Positions 34,575 through 44,138 of a DNA stretch of 64,000 nucleotides are shown piece after piece. Position numbers and translations under genes: made by a program. The notes under the pieces are model-generated. The model did no database searches and was not told where the DNA came from. It saw only the letters and a program-made list of their open reading frames with translations. Positions within the stretch are counted from its first letter, which is position 1, and the number at the start of each line of letters is the position of its first letter. The stretch comes from an uncultured Gammaproteobacteria bacterium (lineage in GTDB: Bacteria > Patescibacteriota > Patescibacteriia > Patescibacteriales > Patescibacteriaceae). The stretch is from the NCBI GenBank assembly GCA_964545125.1, contig CAZJEP010000005.1:1447-65446 (forward strand), written 5' to 3'.

Positions 34575-35312
34575 TTATTTATTAATCATAGAATGATACA
34601 TTTCTAATAATTGTTCGTCACTTATTTTACCTAAAGCATCTTTGTCTTCCTGTTTAGTAGCGGCCGAAATTAACTGGGAGCGCAAATATTGGGGATCGGG
34701 ATTGTCGCCAAAAGCCTGTTGTAAAGAACCGGCGCTGGCCGAATCAAGGGGCTGGATGGTAACAGGGGTGGTAACAGCTGAACCGTTAGTAGTGGCGCCA
34801 GAGCTATTAAATAAATCAACCGTCGTAGTAACGCCTGAACTAAGCTGTTCACTGCCGATAATCAAACCATCGGCGCTGCATTGTTTGCCTTCAGGACAAT
34901 TAGGGTTAGTGCTATTTTTAATTTCTTGCTGATCCGAAATACCGTCGCCGTCAGTATCCACCAAAAAAGGCGAAGTAAGATAAACGGTTAATTCTTGAAC
35001 ATCGGTCAAACCATCACCGTCCGTATCTTTGTTGTCGGAAGTAGCTAGTGGCGCTTGGTTGGCATTGTCGGCAGCCACTTTATTTTCAAAACTGGTCTTA
35101 CTCATACCTCCGTAAAAAGGGTAAGTAATATTTTTATTCAGCTCTCTGAACCAAAAAATTATGACAAGCAAGGTAAAACAAGACAAAACAGCCACACCAA
35201 TTTTTTGTTCTTTGGTTAGCCGTAAAGAGTGATTGAGATCCACCTGTTTGGGAGAACCTGCCTGTCCGGCGGGCAGGGATTGTAAATCACCAAAATTTGG
35301 CACTTGCGCCAT
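34575..35312 (-). CDS. membrane-anchored protein with thrombospondin type-3-like Ca-binding repeats
   Basis: One TM helix, then DNKDTDGDGLTDVQE and VDTDGDGISDQQE repeats. Its stop lies 1 nt from the giant gene's ATG. Confidence 0.6.
   Translation of the reverse strand: MAQVPNFGDLQSLPAGQAGSPKQVDLNHSLRLTKEQKIGVAVLSCFTLLVIIFWFRELNKNITYPFYGGMSKTSFENKVAADNANQAPLATSDNKDTDGDGLTDVQELTVYLTSPFLVDTDGDGISDQQEIKNSTNPNCPEGKQCSADGLIIGSEQLSSGVTTTVDLFNSSGATTNGSAVTTPVTIQPLDSASAGSLQQAFGDNPDPQYLRSQLISAATKQEDKDALGKISDEQLLEMYHSMINK
35257..35277. repeat. CCTGCC-N9-GGCAGG hairpin element, in frame in the CDS (encodes LPAGQAG)
   Basis: cctgcctgtccggcgggcagg. Confidence 0.8.
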
Positions 35313-35347
35313 ATGAAAAAATTACTCGTTGTTTAAGAGTAATTTTA

Positions 35348-36226
35348 TTATACCATAAATTGTTTAGCCAAGCCAAGCAGTTTTACCCAATCGGCCAAGG
35401 ACAAGTCTTCGGCGCGAGTGAGCGGATTCAATTCGGCCCTGACAAGCAAGTCTTGAGTCTCGGTAGCGGTTATTTTTAAACCATTGGCCAAATTATTTTT
35501 GAGCATTTTTCGTTTGGAGCTAAAACCAATTCTAGCTAAACGAAAAAATTTTTTTTCATCAACTTGAAACTTATGATTTAAAACTTGCAATTTGATAATG
35601 GCGCTATCCACAGCCGGCACCGGCCAAAAATCGTTTCTGCTAACCGGAGCGATAATTTTAGCTTCGACAAAAAATTGTACCGATAAAGCCAACAAGCTCA
35701 TCTCTCCGGGACCAGCCACGAGGCGCTGGGCCACTTCTTTTTGCAACATCAAAGTTAGCGAGGTCGGCTTAAAATTCCCGGACAAAAATTTGCGTAAAAA
35801 AATCGAAGTAATGTTATAAGGCAAGTTGGCCACGATCTTATATGAACCTTTAATTCCTGCCTCGCCGGCCTGCCTACCGGCAAGACAGGTAGGCAGGTTG
35901 AATTTTGAATTTTGAAAATCCAAAATGTTAGCTTGGACGACTTGAACATTTTTAATCCCCTGACTTTGCAACCTGGTCGGCAAAATGGTGGCTAACTTTT
36001 GATCCAGCTCCACAGCCAAAACCGACTTAACTCGCTCGGCTAATAAAAAAGTTAAGAAACCAAGTCCTGGCCCGACCTCCAACACCGTGTCGTTTTTGTT
36101 TAAGTCAGCTGTTTTAACAATCTGTTCGTAAACCGTTTCGTTGATTAAAAAATTCTGCCCGCGCGATCGCGTGGGCTTGATGTGATAAAGACTACATAAT
36201 TCCCTGGTTTCCTGTAACAAATCCAT
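35348..36226 (-). CDS. rsmA: 16S rRNA (adenine1518/1519-N6)-dimethyltransferase
   Basis: RSRGQNFLINETV, VLEVGPGLGFLT and IVANLPYNITS. Start trimmed to the ATG at 36226. Confidence 0.9.
   Translation of the reverse strand: MDLLQETRELCSLYHIKPTRSRGQNFLINETVYEQIVKTADLNKNDTVLEVGPGLGFLTFLLAERVKSVLAVELDQKLATILPTRLQSQGIKNVQVVQANILDFQNSKFNLPTCLAGRQAGEAGIKGSYKIVANLPYNITSIFLRKFLSGNFKPTSLTLMLQKEVAQRLVAGPGEMSLLALSVQFFVEAKIIAPVSRNDFWPVPAVDSAIIKLQVLNHKFQVDEKKFFRLARIGFSSKRKMLKNNLANGLKITATETQDLLVRAELNPLTRAEDLSLADWVKLLGLAKQFMV
35851..35897. repeat. compound CCTGCC/GGCAGG hairpin element in frame inside rsmA (encodes LPTCLAGRQAGEAG)
   Basis: cctgcctcgccggcctgcctaccggcaagacaggtaggcagg. The 9-bp arms are cctgcctac (35869-35877) and gtaggcagg (35889-35897). 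Confidence 0.8.
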
Positions 36227-36298
36227 GAGATTAAAATATAATCCACAAACAACAAACAACAAAAACTAAAGGTAACTTGTTATTTGTTATTTGTTATT

Positions 36299-38932
36299 TT
36301 ATTCAACTACTATATTCACCAGCTTCCCTTTAACAAAAATGACTTTGGTGGGAGTTTTCCCGTCCAGCCATTTGATAATTTTTTCAGCTTTCAAGGCCAA
36401 TTCTTTAGCTTCCGCTTCGCCAATATCAGCGCTAACTTTAATGGTTGCCCGCAATTTACCGTTAATTTGAACTACTAAATTGATTGACTCATCTTTGGCC
36501 CGTTTAGGGTCAAATTTGGGCCAAGGCTGCTTGAAAATAGAGTCTTGGCCGGTTTGTCCTTGCCAAAGCTCTTCGGCCAAATGCGGGGCAAAGGGGGCTA
36601 AAATGATTAAAAATTTTTTCCAGTCTTCCGCTTCAATAACCTCGCTCTCAGTCATTTTATTAACTAAAATCATCAAGGAACTGATGGCCGTGTTGAATTT
36701 AAAAGCTTCGATATCCTCCCCCACCTTGCGAATAGTTTTATGTAGTAATCTTTTAAAATCCGTGCTCTCCTTATTCTGGCTCTGGCTATTTTTGATTTGT
36801 AATTTTGAATTAATTTTATAGATTCTGTCCAAAAATTTCCGAGCGCCGGACAAACTGTCAGGGTTCCAAGCAATAGACTCGCCAAAAGGACCCATAAACA
36901 TTTCATAAACTCGCAAAGTATCCGCGCCACGAGCAGTTACAATGTCGTCCGGATTAATAACGTTATTCCAACGCTTACTCATCTTGCGATTATCTTCGGC
37001 TAAAATCAAACCGACATGACGCAACTTGGCAAAGGGTTCGTCCACACTCACCGCCCCAAGATCGAACAAAAATTTGTGCCAAAAACGCGCGTAAATCAAA
37101 TGGCGAGTGGCATGCTCCGCTCCGCCCACATAACAATCCACCGGCAACCACTGAGCAAAAGCTTCCTTATAATCTGTCATCGCGAGCGAGGTCGATTGAA
37201 AATTGTCAGCCAAAGGTTGATCAGCCTTGGGCTGAGAAATTCCTGACATAATATAAGCCAAATAATACCAGCTTGAACCGGCCCATTGTGGCATGGTGTT
37301 AGTTTCGCGTCGCGCTGGACCGCCACAGCGCGGACAGACGGTCTCCACCCAGTCGGTAATATTGGCCAAGGGCGACTCCCCAGTGCCTGACGGTTCGTAA
37401 CTGTCTATCTCAGGCAACTTAACCGGCAAATTGTTATCAACAAACCAACCTGGATTTAACTCTTCTCCCCTATTGCTAACTTTCAACTTTTTACTTTTAA
37501 CTTGTGACTGGCAATTTTCGCAGAAAATTAGCGGAATGGGTTCTCCCCAGTATCTTTGACGCGAAAACACCCAATCTTTTAATTTATACTGGACTTTTTT
37601 AGTGCCGATTTTTTTATCTTCCAGCCAGGCGATAATTTTGTCCTTAGCCTCCAGAGTGGTCAAGCCATTTAAAAAATCAGAGTTGATAACCAAGCCCTCT
37701 CCGCAATACACTTGATTAATTTCTAATTTCGAATTTTGAATTTCCTTATCATTGCTAACAACTACCTGTTTAACCGGCAATTTATATTTAGTCGCAAATT
37801 CATAATCTCTACTGTCGTGTCCTGGTACCGCCATAATCGCGCCCGTGCCATAGCCGGCCAAAACATAATCGGCCACATAAATCGGAATTTCTTCCCCGTT
37901 GGCGGGATTAATCGCTTTAATCCCCTTAAGCTCGACGCCCGTCTTGTCCTTATTTAAATCAGTCCGCTCCAAATCAGACTTATTTTTAGTTTTATTGATG
38001 TAATCCTCAACTTCTTTATAATTCTTAATTCTTAATTCTTCATTCTTAATTATTTCATGTTCCGGCGCTAAAACTAAGTAAGTCGCCCCAAAAATTGTAT
38101 CCGGACGCGTGGTAAACACTTCTATTTCGGTTAGCTTCTTTACCTCGACAGGAATGACAGAATTTTTTGCGATTTGGGATTTGGGATTTTTTTGCCTGCC
38201 TGCCGGCGAGGCAGGGAGATTGGCCTTTATGATCTGGAATTTAATACTGGCTCCTTCGGATCTGCCAATCCAATTTCTCTGCATTTCTTTGATTGGCTCT
38301 TCCCAATCATTTAATTTGTCTAAATCATCGAGCAATCTGTCGGCATAGTCGGTAATTTTAATCACCCACTGGCGTAAAGGTTTTTTTTCTACTGGCGTAT
38401 GGCAACGCTCGCAACGACCATCTTCCACGTCTTCGTTGGCTAAGCCGGTCAAGCAAGTCGGACACCAATTGATTGGTTCATATGACTCATAAACCAAACC
38501 GCGTTCAAACATTTTGCTAAAAACCCACTGAGTCCATTTATAGTATTCGGGATCAGTCGTGTTTATTTCTCGCGACCAATCATAACTCAACCCCAAAAGA
38601 TTTAACTGGCGTTTATAATTAATAATGTTTTTGTCGGTAGCCAGGCGTGGATGGACATGGTTAGCCAGAGCATAGTTTTCGGCTGGCAAGCCAAAAGCGT
38701 CCCAACCCATCGGATGCAAAACATTAAACCCCTGCAACTTTTTATAACGAGCTACCACATCAGTGGCGATATAACCTCGCGGATGTCCGACGTGTAGCCC
38801 GGTACCCGAAGGATAAGGAAACATGTCCAAAATATAATATTTGGGCTTTTTGCCGTTGTTTTCGGTTTTATACAAAGCGTCTTTGGCCCATTTCTCCTGC
38901 CACTTGGTTTCGATTTCTTGATGGTTATACAT
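36299..38932 (-). CDS. leuS: leucine--tRNA ligase
   Basis: PYPSGTGLHVGHPRGY (HIGH), KMSKR, the TTRPDT editing-domain motif and the VQINGKLR C-terminus. Confidence 0.95.
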   Translation of the reverse strand: MYNHQEIETKWQEKWAKDALYKTENNGKKPKYYILDMFPYPSGTGLHVGHPRGYIATDVVARYKKLQGFNVLHPMGWDAFGLPAENYALANHVHPRLATDKNIINYKRQLNLLGLSYDWSREINTTDPEYYKWTQWVFSKMFERGLVYESYEPINWCPTCLTGLANEDVEDGRCERCHTPVEKKPLRQWVIKITDYADRLLDDLDKLNDWEEPIKEMQRNWIGRSEGASIKFQIIKANLPASPAGRQKNPKSQIAKNSVIPVEVKKLTEIEVFTTRPDTIFGATYLVLAPEHEIIKNEELRIKNYKEVEDYINKTKNKSDLERTDLNKDKTGVELKGIKAINPANGEEIPIYVADYVLAGYGTGAIMAVPGHDSRDYEFATKYKLPVKQVVVSNDKEIQNSKLEINQVYCGEGLVINSDFLNGLTTLEAKDKIIAWLEDKKIGTKKVQYKLKDWVFSRQRYWGEPIPLIFCENCQSQVKSKKLKVSNRGEELNPGWFVDNNLPVKLPEIDSYEPSGTGESPLANITDWVETVCPRCGGPARRETNTMPQWAGSSWYYLAYIMSGISQPKADQPLADNFQSTSLAMTDYKEAFAQWLPVDCYVGGAEHATRHLIYARFWHKFLFDLGAVSVDEPFAKLRHVGLILAEDNRKMSKRWNNVINPDDIVTARGADTLRVYEMFMGPFGESIAWNPDSLSGARKFLDRIYKINSKLQIKNSQSQNKESTDFKRLLHKTIRKVGEDIEAFKFNTAISSLMILVNKMTESEVIEAEDWKKFLIILAPFAPHLAEELWQGQTGQDSIFKQPWPKFDPKRAKDESINLVVQINGKLRATIKVSADIGEAEAKELALKAEKIIKWLDGKTPTKVIFVKGKLVNIVVE
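37206..37236. repeat. GC-rich double-hairpin mini-element, copy 2, in frame in leuS (encodes SQPKADQPLA)
   Basis: tcagcc-aaa-ggttga then tcagcc-ttg-ggctga. Related to 12954-12984. Confidence 0.7.
38195..38215. repeat. CCTGCC-N9-GGCAGG hairpin element in frame in leuS (encodes PASPAGRQ)
   Basis: cctgcctgccggcgaggcagg, preceded by the tandem gatttgggatttggg. Confidence 0.8.
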
Positions 38933-38940
38933 ATTAATAG

Positions 38941-39714
38941 TTAAATATCAATTTCCAGCCCGACCGGACAATGATCAGAACCTTTAACTTTGTCTAAGAT
39001 AAAGGCTTTTTTAAGATATTTTTTAAGTTTAGCCGATACTAGAAAATAGTCAATTCTCCAGCCAACATTGTTAGCTCGGGCATTAGCTCGATAGCTCCAC
39101 CAGGAATATTGGACTTTTTTAGGATAAAATTCGCGCCAAGTGTCCACCAAGCCAGAAGCCATAAATTTATCAGCCCAAATCCGCTCCTGATAAGAAAATC
39201 CCGGACTGTTAAGATTGGCTTGTGGCCGAGCCAAATCGATTTCTTGGTGCGCCACATTAAAATCGCCACCGATAATGACCGGCTTAACTTTTTCCAATTT
39301 TTTAATCTGATTCAAAATGGCCGAGTTAAATCTTTCTTTAAAATGCAAGCGCGCCAATTCCGGCTGGGCATTGGGAAAATAAGCGTTGAGCAAAAAAAAT
39401 TTATCCAACTCCAGAATTTGCACTCGTCCTTCGTCATCAAATTCAGCCAGACCTAATCCGCTCTTAACCGACAAAATAGGCAAGCCATTTTTAACCAAAA
39501 GAGCTGTGCCACTATAGCCTTTGCGCTTGGCCGGAAACCAATACTCGTCAAAACCCTGAAAATCAAATTTTGTTTCTTCGCGCTTGGCGTCATCTAATTT
39601 AATTTCTTGCAAACCAAGAATGTCCGGCTTGGCCAAACGAAGCCAATCTTCAAAGCCGTTGCGAACCACCGCTCTAATGCCATTAACATTCCAAGAAATA
39701 AGTCTCAAGTTCAT
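38941..39714 (-). CDS. xth: exodeoxyribonuclease III
   Basis: MNLRLISWNVNGIRA and the C-terminal GSDHCPV. Start trimmed to the ATG at 39714. Confidence 0.9.
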   Translation of the reverse strand: MNLRLISWNVNGIRAVVRNGFEDWLRLAKPDILGLQEIKLDDAKREETKFDFQGFDEYWFPAKRKGYSGTALLVKNGLPILSVKSGLGLAEFDDEGRVQILELDKFFLLNAYFPNAQPELARLHFKERFNSAILNQIKKLEKVKPVIIGGDFNVAHQEIDLARPQANLNSPGFSYQERIWADKFMASGLVDTWREFYPKKVQYSWWSYRANARANNVGWRIDYFLVSAKLKKYLKKAFILDKVKGSDHCPVGLEIDI

Positions 39715-39876
39715 AAAGTTAAAAATCGTGAAGTTAAAAGTTGCCAAGCCGAAAACCCAACAACTTTCAATTTAAAAATATTTCAAGCATCTTAAATTTG
39801 GATTGCCAGATAAATAATGATATACTGTTAGATGAATAATACACAATTATTATACTTTAATTATTACGCTTAAGCA

Positions 39877-40602
39877 ATGAATAATTATAACCAACCGACC
39901 CCTACTCTTAACCCCGCACAAAAGAAAAAAACCTGGATATTGATTGCGGTTATTTTGGGTCTCTTTGTTGTTCTGTCTTTATCTATGACCAAATTTGTCG
40001 GCAACAAAGTTGGTCAATTTTACAATTCGGAACAAGCCCGCACCTCCGCCGAAGCCACCGACAATCTGTATAACTCCGAGAAGCAACTTCGTTATGAGGG
40101 CTTGGATAATGTTTGGAATGTTTTTGGTAGCGCTAAACCAAAAATAACTATTGTCGAATTTGGAGATTTTACTTGTCATTACTGCAAAAACAATTATCCC
40201 GTCATCAGGGCCGTGACTATGCGCCACCAAGATACGGTGCAGTTAATTTTTCGCGATCGCACGCCCGACCAGCGCTCTCTCGGTTTGTCGCTAGTAGCGC
40301 AATGCGCCGGTGAACAAGGAAAATTTTGGGTCATGCACGATAAACTGTATCAAAACCAAAGCGATACTTTGGGCAACGACTTTGCGCAACTGCTGACTTT
40401 AGGGCAAAGCATTAATTTGGACGAAACCACTTTTCGTGATTGTTTAATCAAACAAAAATATTTAAGCAAAATCAAAAAAAACATGCAAAGCAGTTTGGAT
40501 TTGGGCATCAAGGGCACCCCGACTTTTTTCATTAACGGCAAAGAATACGTGGGAGAATTATCCGAAAGTCAACTAGAAGAAATAATTAAAGAATTAGAAT
40601 AA
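39877..40602 (+). CDS. membrane-anchored DsbA-family thiol:disulfide oxidoreductase
   Basis: N-terminal TM helix and a thioredoxin fold with FGDFTCHYCK (CxxC). Confidence 0.75.
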   Translation: MNNYNQPTPTLNPAQKKKTWILIAVILGLFVVLSLSMTKFVGNKVGQFYNSEQARTSAEATDNLYNSEKQLRYEGLDNVWNVFGSAKPKITIVEFGDFTCHYCKNNYPVIRAVTMRHQDTVQLIFRDRTPDQRSLGLSLVAQCAGEQGKFWVMHDKLYQNQSDTLGNDFAQLLTLGQSINLDETTFRDCLIKQKYLSKIKKNMQSSLDLGIKGTPTFFINGKEYVGELSESQLEEIIKELE

Positions 40603-40604
40603 TT

Positions 40605-41144
40605 ATGATTGAGATAAGAATCCATGGTTTAGGTGGACAAGGTGTCGTGACAATGTCAGAAATCTTGGCCTTGGCTTGTTACGAATCCGGCCGAGAAGTC
40701 CAAGTTTTTCCCTGGTTTGGTCCGGAACGCACTGGCGCGCCGGTTACCGGCTTTATTCGCCTAGACGACAAACCAATTCGCCTGCGCTCGCAAATTTACC
40801 AACCGGATATTATTATCGTTACCGATACCAGGCTTTTAAGCAAAATAAAAGTAGCCGAAGGAGCTAAACCAACAACTCGTTTGCTGATAGCCACACCTCA
40901 ATCCTGCTCCGAAACAGTCAAAACCATCAAATTAAAAAACGACCAAATAATTTGTTATAATGTCGAGTCGGTTACTACTGATAAACGTCTGGCCAACAGC
41001 GCTATTTTGGGTTTTGCGGCTAAAACTCTGAATTTAGCCAGTTTGGCTAATTGCCTAAAAGCCGTTAAAATAAAATTAAAATACAAAGACGTCCAAATCA
41101 TAAAGGCCAATCTTGAGGCTGTTACCAAGGGTTATGCCAGTTAA
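40605..41144 (+). CDS. porG: pyruvate/2-oxoacid:ferredoxin oxidoreductase gamma subunit
   Basis: IRIHGLGGQGVVTMSEILA...FPWFGPERTGAPV. Confidence 0.8.
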   Translation: MIEIRIHGLGGQGVVTMSEILALACYESGREVQVFPWFGPERTGAPVTGFIRLDDKPIRLRSQIYQPDIIIVTDTRLLSKIKVAEGAKPTTRLLIATPQSCSETVKTIKLKNDQIICYNVESVTTDKRLANSAILGFAAKTLNLASLANCLKAVKIKLKYKDVQIIKANLEAVTKGYAS

Positions 41145-42300
41145 TAAATACGCTAAACAATTATTAAATACTTCCGAGGCAATCGCTTTGACAATCAGCC
41201 GTATCGGTGTGGGCGTAGTCAGTGCCTATCCAATTACTCCTCAAACCAAAATCGTAGAAGGCTTAGCTAAAGCTCAAAACGCTAGAACCAATAAATATGA
41301 ATTTATCCGCGCGGAAAGCGAGTATGCCGCTGCCTCTATTGCTTTGGGCGCCAGCGCCGGTGGAGCCCGGGCTTATACCGCCACCAGCTCGCAAGGATTA
41401 TTGTTCATGCTCGAGGTACTTTATAACATCGGAGGGCTTGGTTTGCCGGTAGTCATGACATGCGCTAATCGGGCCATCAGCGCTCCTTTAAATATTTGGA
41501 ATGATCACCAAGATGCTTTTGCTATGCGTGATGCCGGTTGGCTGATGTTTTTTGCGGAAAGCGCCGAAGAAGCCAGTGCTCAACACATTTTAGCCTATAA
41601 GTTGGCGGAAAAATTACATTTGCCGGTCGCTGTTAATGTGGATGGTTTTATTTTGACTCATACTAGCGAACCAACTTTTGTTCCGACTCGCGAACAAATT
41701 AAAAAATTTTTGCCGGCCTTCAAACCTCAAACCAACAATGTTTTAGACGTTAAGCATCCGGTTAGTATCGGCCAGTTGGTTCTACCCCAAGATTATCAAG
41801 CCTTCCGCCAAAAATTAAACGAAACGCTGAATAACAGCGCCAAAGTTATCAACCAAGAGCAGGCGCTTTATCAAAAAATGTTCTGCCACCAAGCCAGTCA
41901 TGATTTAAATAACGGCCTTATTGAATATTATGGTCCGAGGTCAGCTAAAATTATTGTGGTGGCCATGGGTTCGGTAGCCGGCACCATCAAAACCGCTCTA
42001 GATGAATACAACCAACGCAAATTAAATCTAAAAAAAGCCGCCCTACTAAGAATAAAAACTTTCCGCCCTTGGCCAACCAAAGCTGTCCAAAAACTAACCC
42101 AGGGAAAAAAAATTATTGTTGTAAACAAAGGCCTAAGTCCTGGTTCTTTGCCTCCCCTATCCCTGGAGGTAGCGGCTAGCGTTTCGGGTAAAATGGACAT
42201 ACTTCATGCGGTGGCTGGTTTAGGAGGAAGAGACATTACAGTTGAGCATATTTTACGTTTAATAAAAAACAAAAATAAACAAAAGTTCTTGTTTGTTTAG
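41134..42300 (+). CDS. porA: pyruvate/2-oxoacid:ferredoxin oxidoreductase alpha subunit
   Basis: GVVSAYPITPQT motif, about 390 aa. Start trimmed to the ATG at 41134, overlapping porG by 11 nt. Confidence 0.8.
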   Translation: MPVNKYAKQLLNTSEAIALTISRIGVGVVSAYPITPQTKIVEGLAKAQNARTNKYEFIRAESEYAAASIALGASAGGARAYTATSSQGLLFMLEVLYNIGGLGLPVVMTCANRAISAPLNIWNDHQDAFAMRDAGWLMFFAESAEEASAQHILAYKLAEKLHLPVAVNVDGFILTHTSEPTFVPTREQIKKFLPAFKPQTNNVLDVKHPVSIGQLVLPQDYQAFRQKLNETLNNSAKVINQEQALYQKMFCHQASHDLNNGLIEYYGPRSAKIIVVAMGSVAGTIKTALDEYNQRKLNLKKAALLRIKTFRPWPTKAVQKLTQGKKIIVVNKGLSPGSLPPLSLEVAASVSGKMDILHAVAGLGGRDITVEHILRLIKNKNKQKFLFV

Positions 42301-42428
42301 TAATTTAAAAGACAAAAATCAAAGGGCAAAATTATGAAGTCCCGATATTCATCGAAACAATAATTGATTAATTTTAATTTTTGAATTGTAATTTTTCATT
42401 TTGATATTTACATTTTGATTTTACTATT

Positions 42429-43262
42429 ATGTCTAAAATCTTCCTAATTCCCACCGGCATTTTTCTATCGTCTTTGGTCGTGTTTAATGTCGCTCAAGCT
42501 GCCAATGACCTTTATTTCACCCCGCAGATTTCCATTCCGGGTAGCGACTTCCAATCGCAACAACAAATTTTGATAAAAAACGACACCAGTTTAATTTGCG
42601 ACTATATTATTGCTGTTTACAAATACGCCATTGCTATCGTGGGCGTCTTGGCAGTGGTCTCAATAGCTATCGGTGGAACGATCTGGATTCTGTCGTCCGG
42701 TAGCAGCAGTATGGTCGGCACCGCCAAAGACTGGATTTTCTCCGGACTCATCGGTTTAATTTTGGCTTTAGGTTCTTTTATGTTGTTGGCTACCATTAAC
42801 AAAGATCTGGTTACCTGCCAAATCTCAAGCGTTCAAGACATAGCCAAAATCAACCAAACCCCTCAACCAACAACCACTGGAAACAACCCTAACAACACCC
42901 CCAACAACAACAATCCCATTAAAGACACTAGCAAAGATTTTGCTAAATACTTTGGCTGTTGCACCTTGTCAAGCGGTTCTTCGCAAACGCTTACCGAAAA
43001 AACGTGTACCGAAAATGGCGGAAGTTGGCAAGCTGATAGTTTCGTTGAAAATAACAAGTGCGTCAAAGGAGCAAATTGTTGCGTGGGAGACGACATGAAT
43101 CATTGGTCTCTTTTCGGCAAGCCGACTTTTAATATTATGATACCCACCAACGCCACCAGCGACAAAGACTGCAAACAACCAGCCAGTTTTTCAGCAAAAA
43201 TTAATTACTGGGACTTGGTAAAAAGTCCTTGCTCGTCCATTGTCGCTAGCGTAACCCCCTAA
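42429..43262 (+). CDS. VirB2-like pilin hairpin with a Cys-rich C-terminal extension
   Basis: Signal peptide, then YKYAIAIVGVLAVVSIAIGGTIWILSSGSSSMVGTAKDWIFSGLIGLILALGSFMLLATIN (two TM helices). An N/P/T-rich linker and a domain of about 110 aa with 9 Cys follow. Confidence 0.55.
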   Translation: MSKIFLIPTGIFLSSLVVFNVAQAANDLYFTPQISIPGSDFQSQQQILIKNDTSLICDYIIAVYKYAIAIVGVLAVVSIAIGGTIWILSSGSSSMVGTAKDWIFSGLIGLILALGSFMLLATINKDLVTCQISSVQDIAKINQTPQPTTTGNNPNNTPNNNNPIKDTSKDFAKYFGCCTLSSGSSQTLTEKTCTENGGSWQADSFVENNKCVKGANCCVGDDMNHWSLFGKPTFNIMIPTNATSDKDCKQPASFSAKINYWDLVKSPCSSIVASVTP

Positions 43263-43284
43263 CCTTAAAAACTGTTATTGACCC

Positions 43285-44028
43285 ATGCTGACAAAAATAA
43301 AAAAAATATTATACAAAAAAGTTAAGCCCGTTGTCGGTTACTCGATTTTGGGAGTTATGTTATTTTTAACCGCTTTGCTTGGTTATGATGCCTACAATTC
43401 CGACTTGCTTTTTTTTAATCCCAACCCCGTCACCGAACCAACGGTTTATCCTCTAAGTCCCAAAGAATATAAACAGGCCTTGCTGGAACAAAAACCGATT
43501 GAAACCTTAAGCATGGGAACGCATAACGGCAAACCTAATTTCAAAGACAACATCAAAAAATACGACGGTCTTTTTAAAGAGGCGGCCAAAAAATACAAAG
43601 TTGATTGCACCTTAATAAAAGCTACTATGTTGGCTGAATCACGAGGTAACGCCAAAATCAGAAGCGGAGTCGGCGCGGTTGGCTTAATGCAATTAATGCC
43701 GGCCACGGCGCGCGCTATGGGCTATGGTGGCAATCTTACCGATCCGCGCGTCAACATCATGGCCGGAACCAAATATATGGCGCACTTAAAAGAACGCGGT
43801 TGTCACGAAAAACCGGCCAACGAAGTTTGCGACGTTAAAAAAGACGTTAAATATCGTCTAGCCGCCTATAACGGTGGGCCAAAATGCAATCAACCGGGCA
43901 ACGGCAAGTGTTCCCGACAAACCGCCTGGGAGTGTATTTATTACGATGCCTACGGCCAAACCAGACACTATGTCAATAGAGTTAAGGCTAATTACGAAGA
44001 ACTAAAAAATAAGGGTTGGGGATGCTGA
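43285..44028 (+). CDS. lytic transglycosylase (SLT domain, VirB1-like)
   Basis: LIKATMLAESRGNAKIRSGVGAVGLMQLMPATARAMGY, with an N-terminal TM anchor. Confidence 0.8.
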   Translation: MLTKIKKILYKKVKPVVGYSILGVMLFLTALLGYDAYNSDLLFFNPNPVTEPTVYPLSPKEYKQALLEQKPIETLSMGTHNGKPNFKDNIKKYDGLFKEAAKKYKVDCTLIKATMLAESRGNAKIRSGVGAVGLMQLMPATARAMGYGGNLTDPRVNIMAGTKYMAHLKERGCHEKPANEVCDVKKDVKYRLAAYNGGPKCNQPGNGKCSRQTAWECIYYDAYGQTRHYVNRVKANYEELKNKGWGC

Positions 44029-44138
44029 AAAAGTTCTAAATTTTAAGTTTAAAATTTCAAGTGAAACAACTTTACCCAAAAAACTTAAAACTTAAGCCTT
44101 GAAACTTGAAACTTAAGACACACCTTATCCATAACTAA

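Noticed and set aside
14656-35312. Possibility that the T4SS-like region is an integrative conjugative element or plasmid segment
   Set aside because: No relaxase, VirD4-like coupling protein, integrase/recombinase, replication gene or flanking direct repeats are visible. The flanks are core genes on the same strand. I therefore did not annotate it as a mobile element, though this can only be settled with the full genome.
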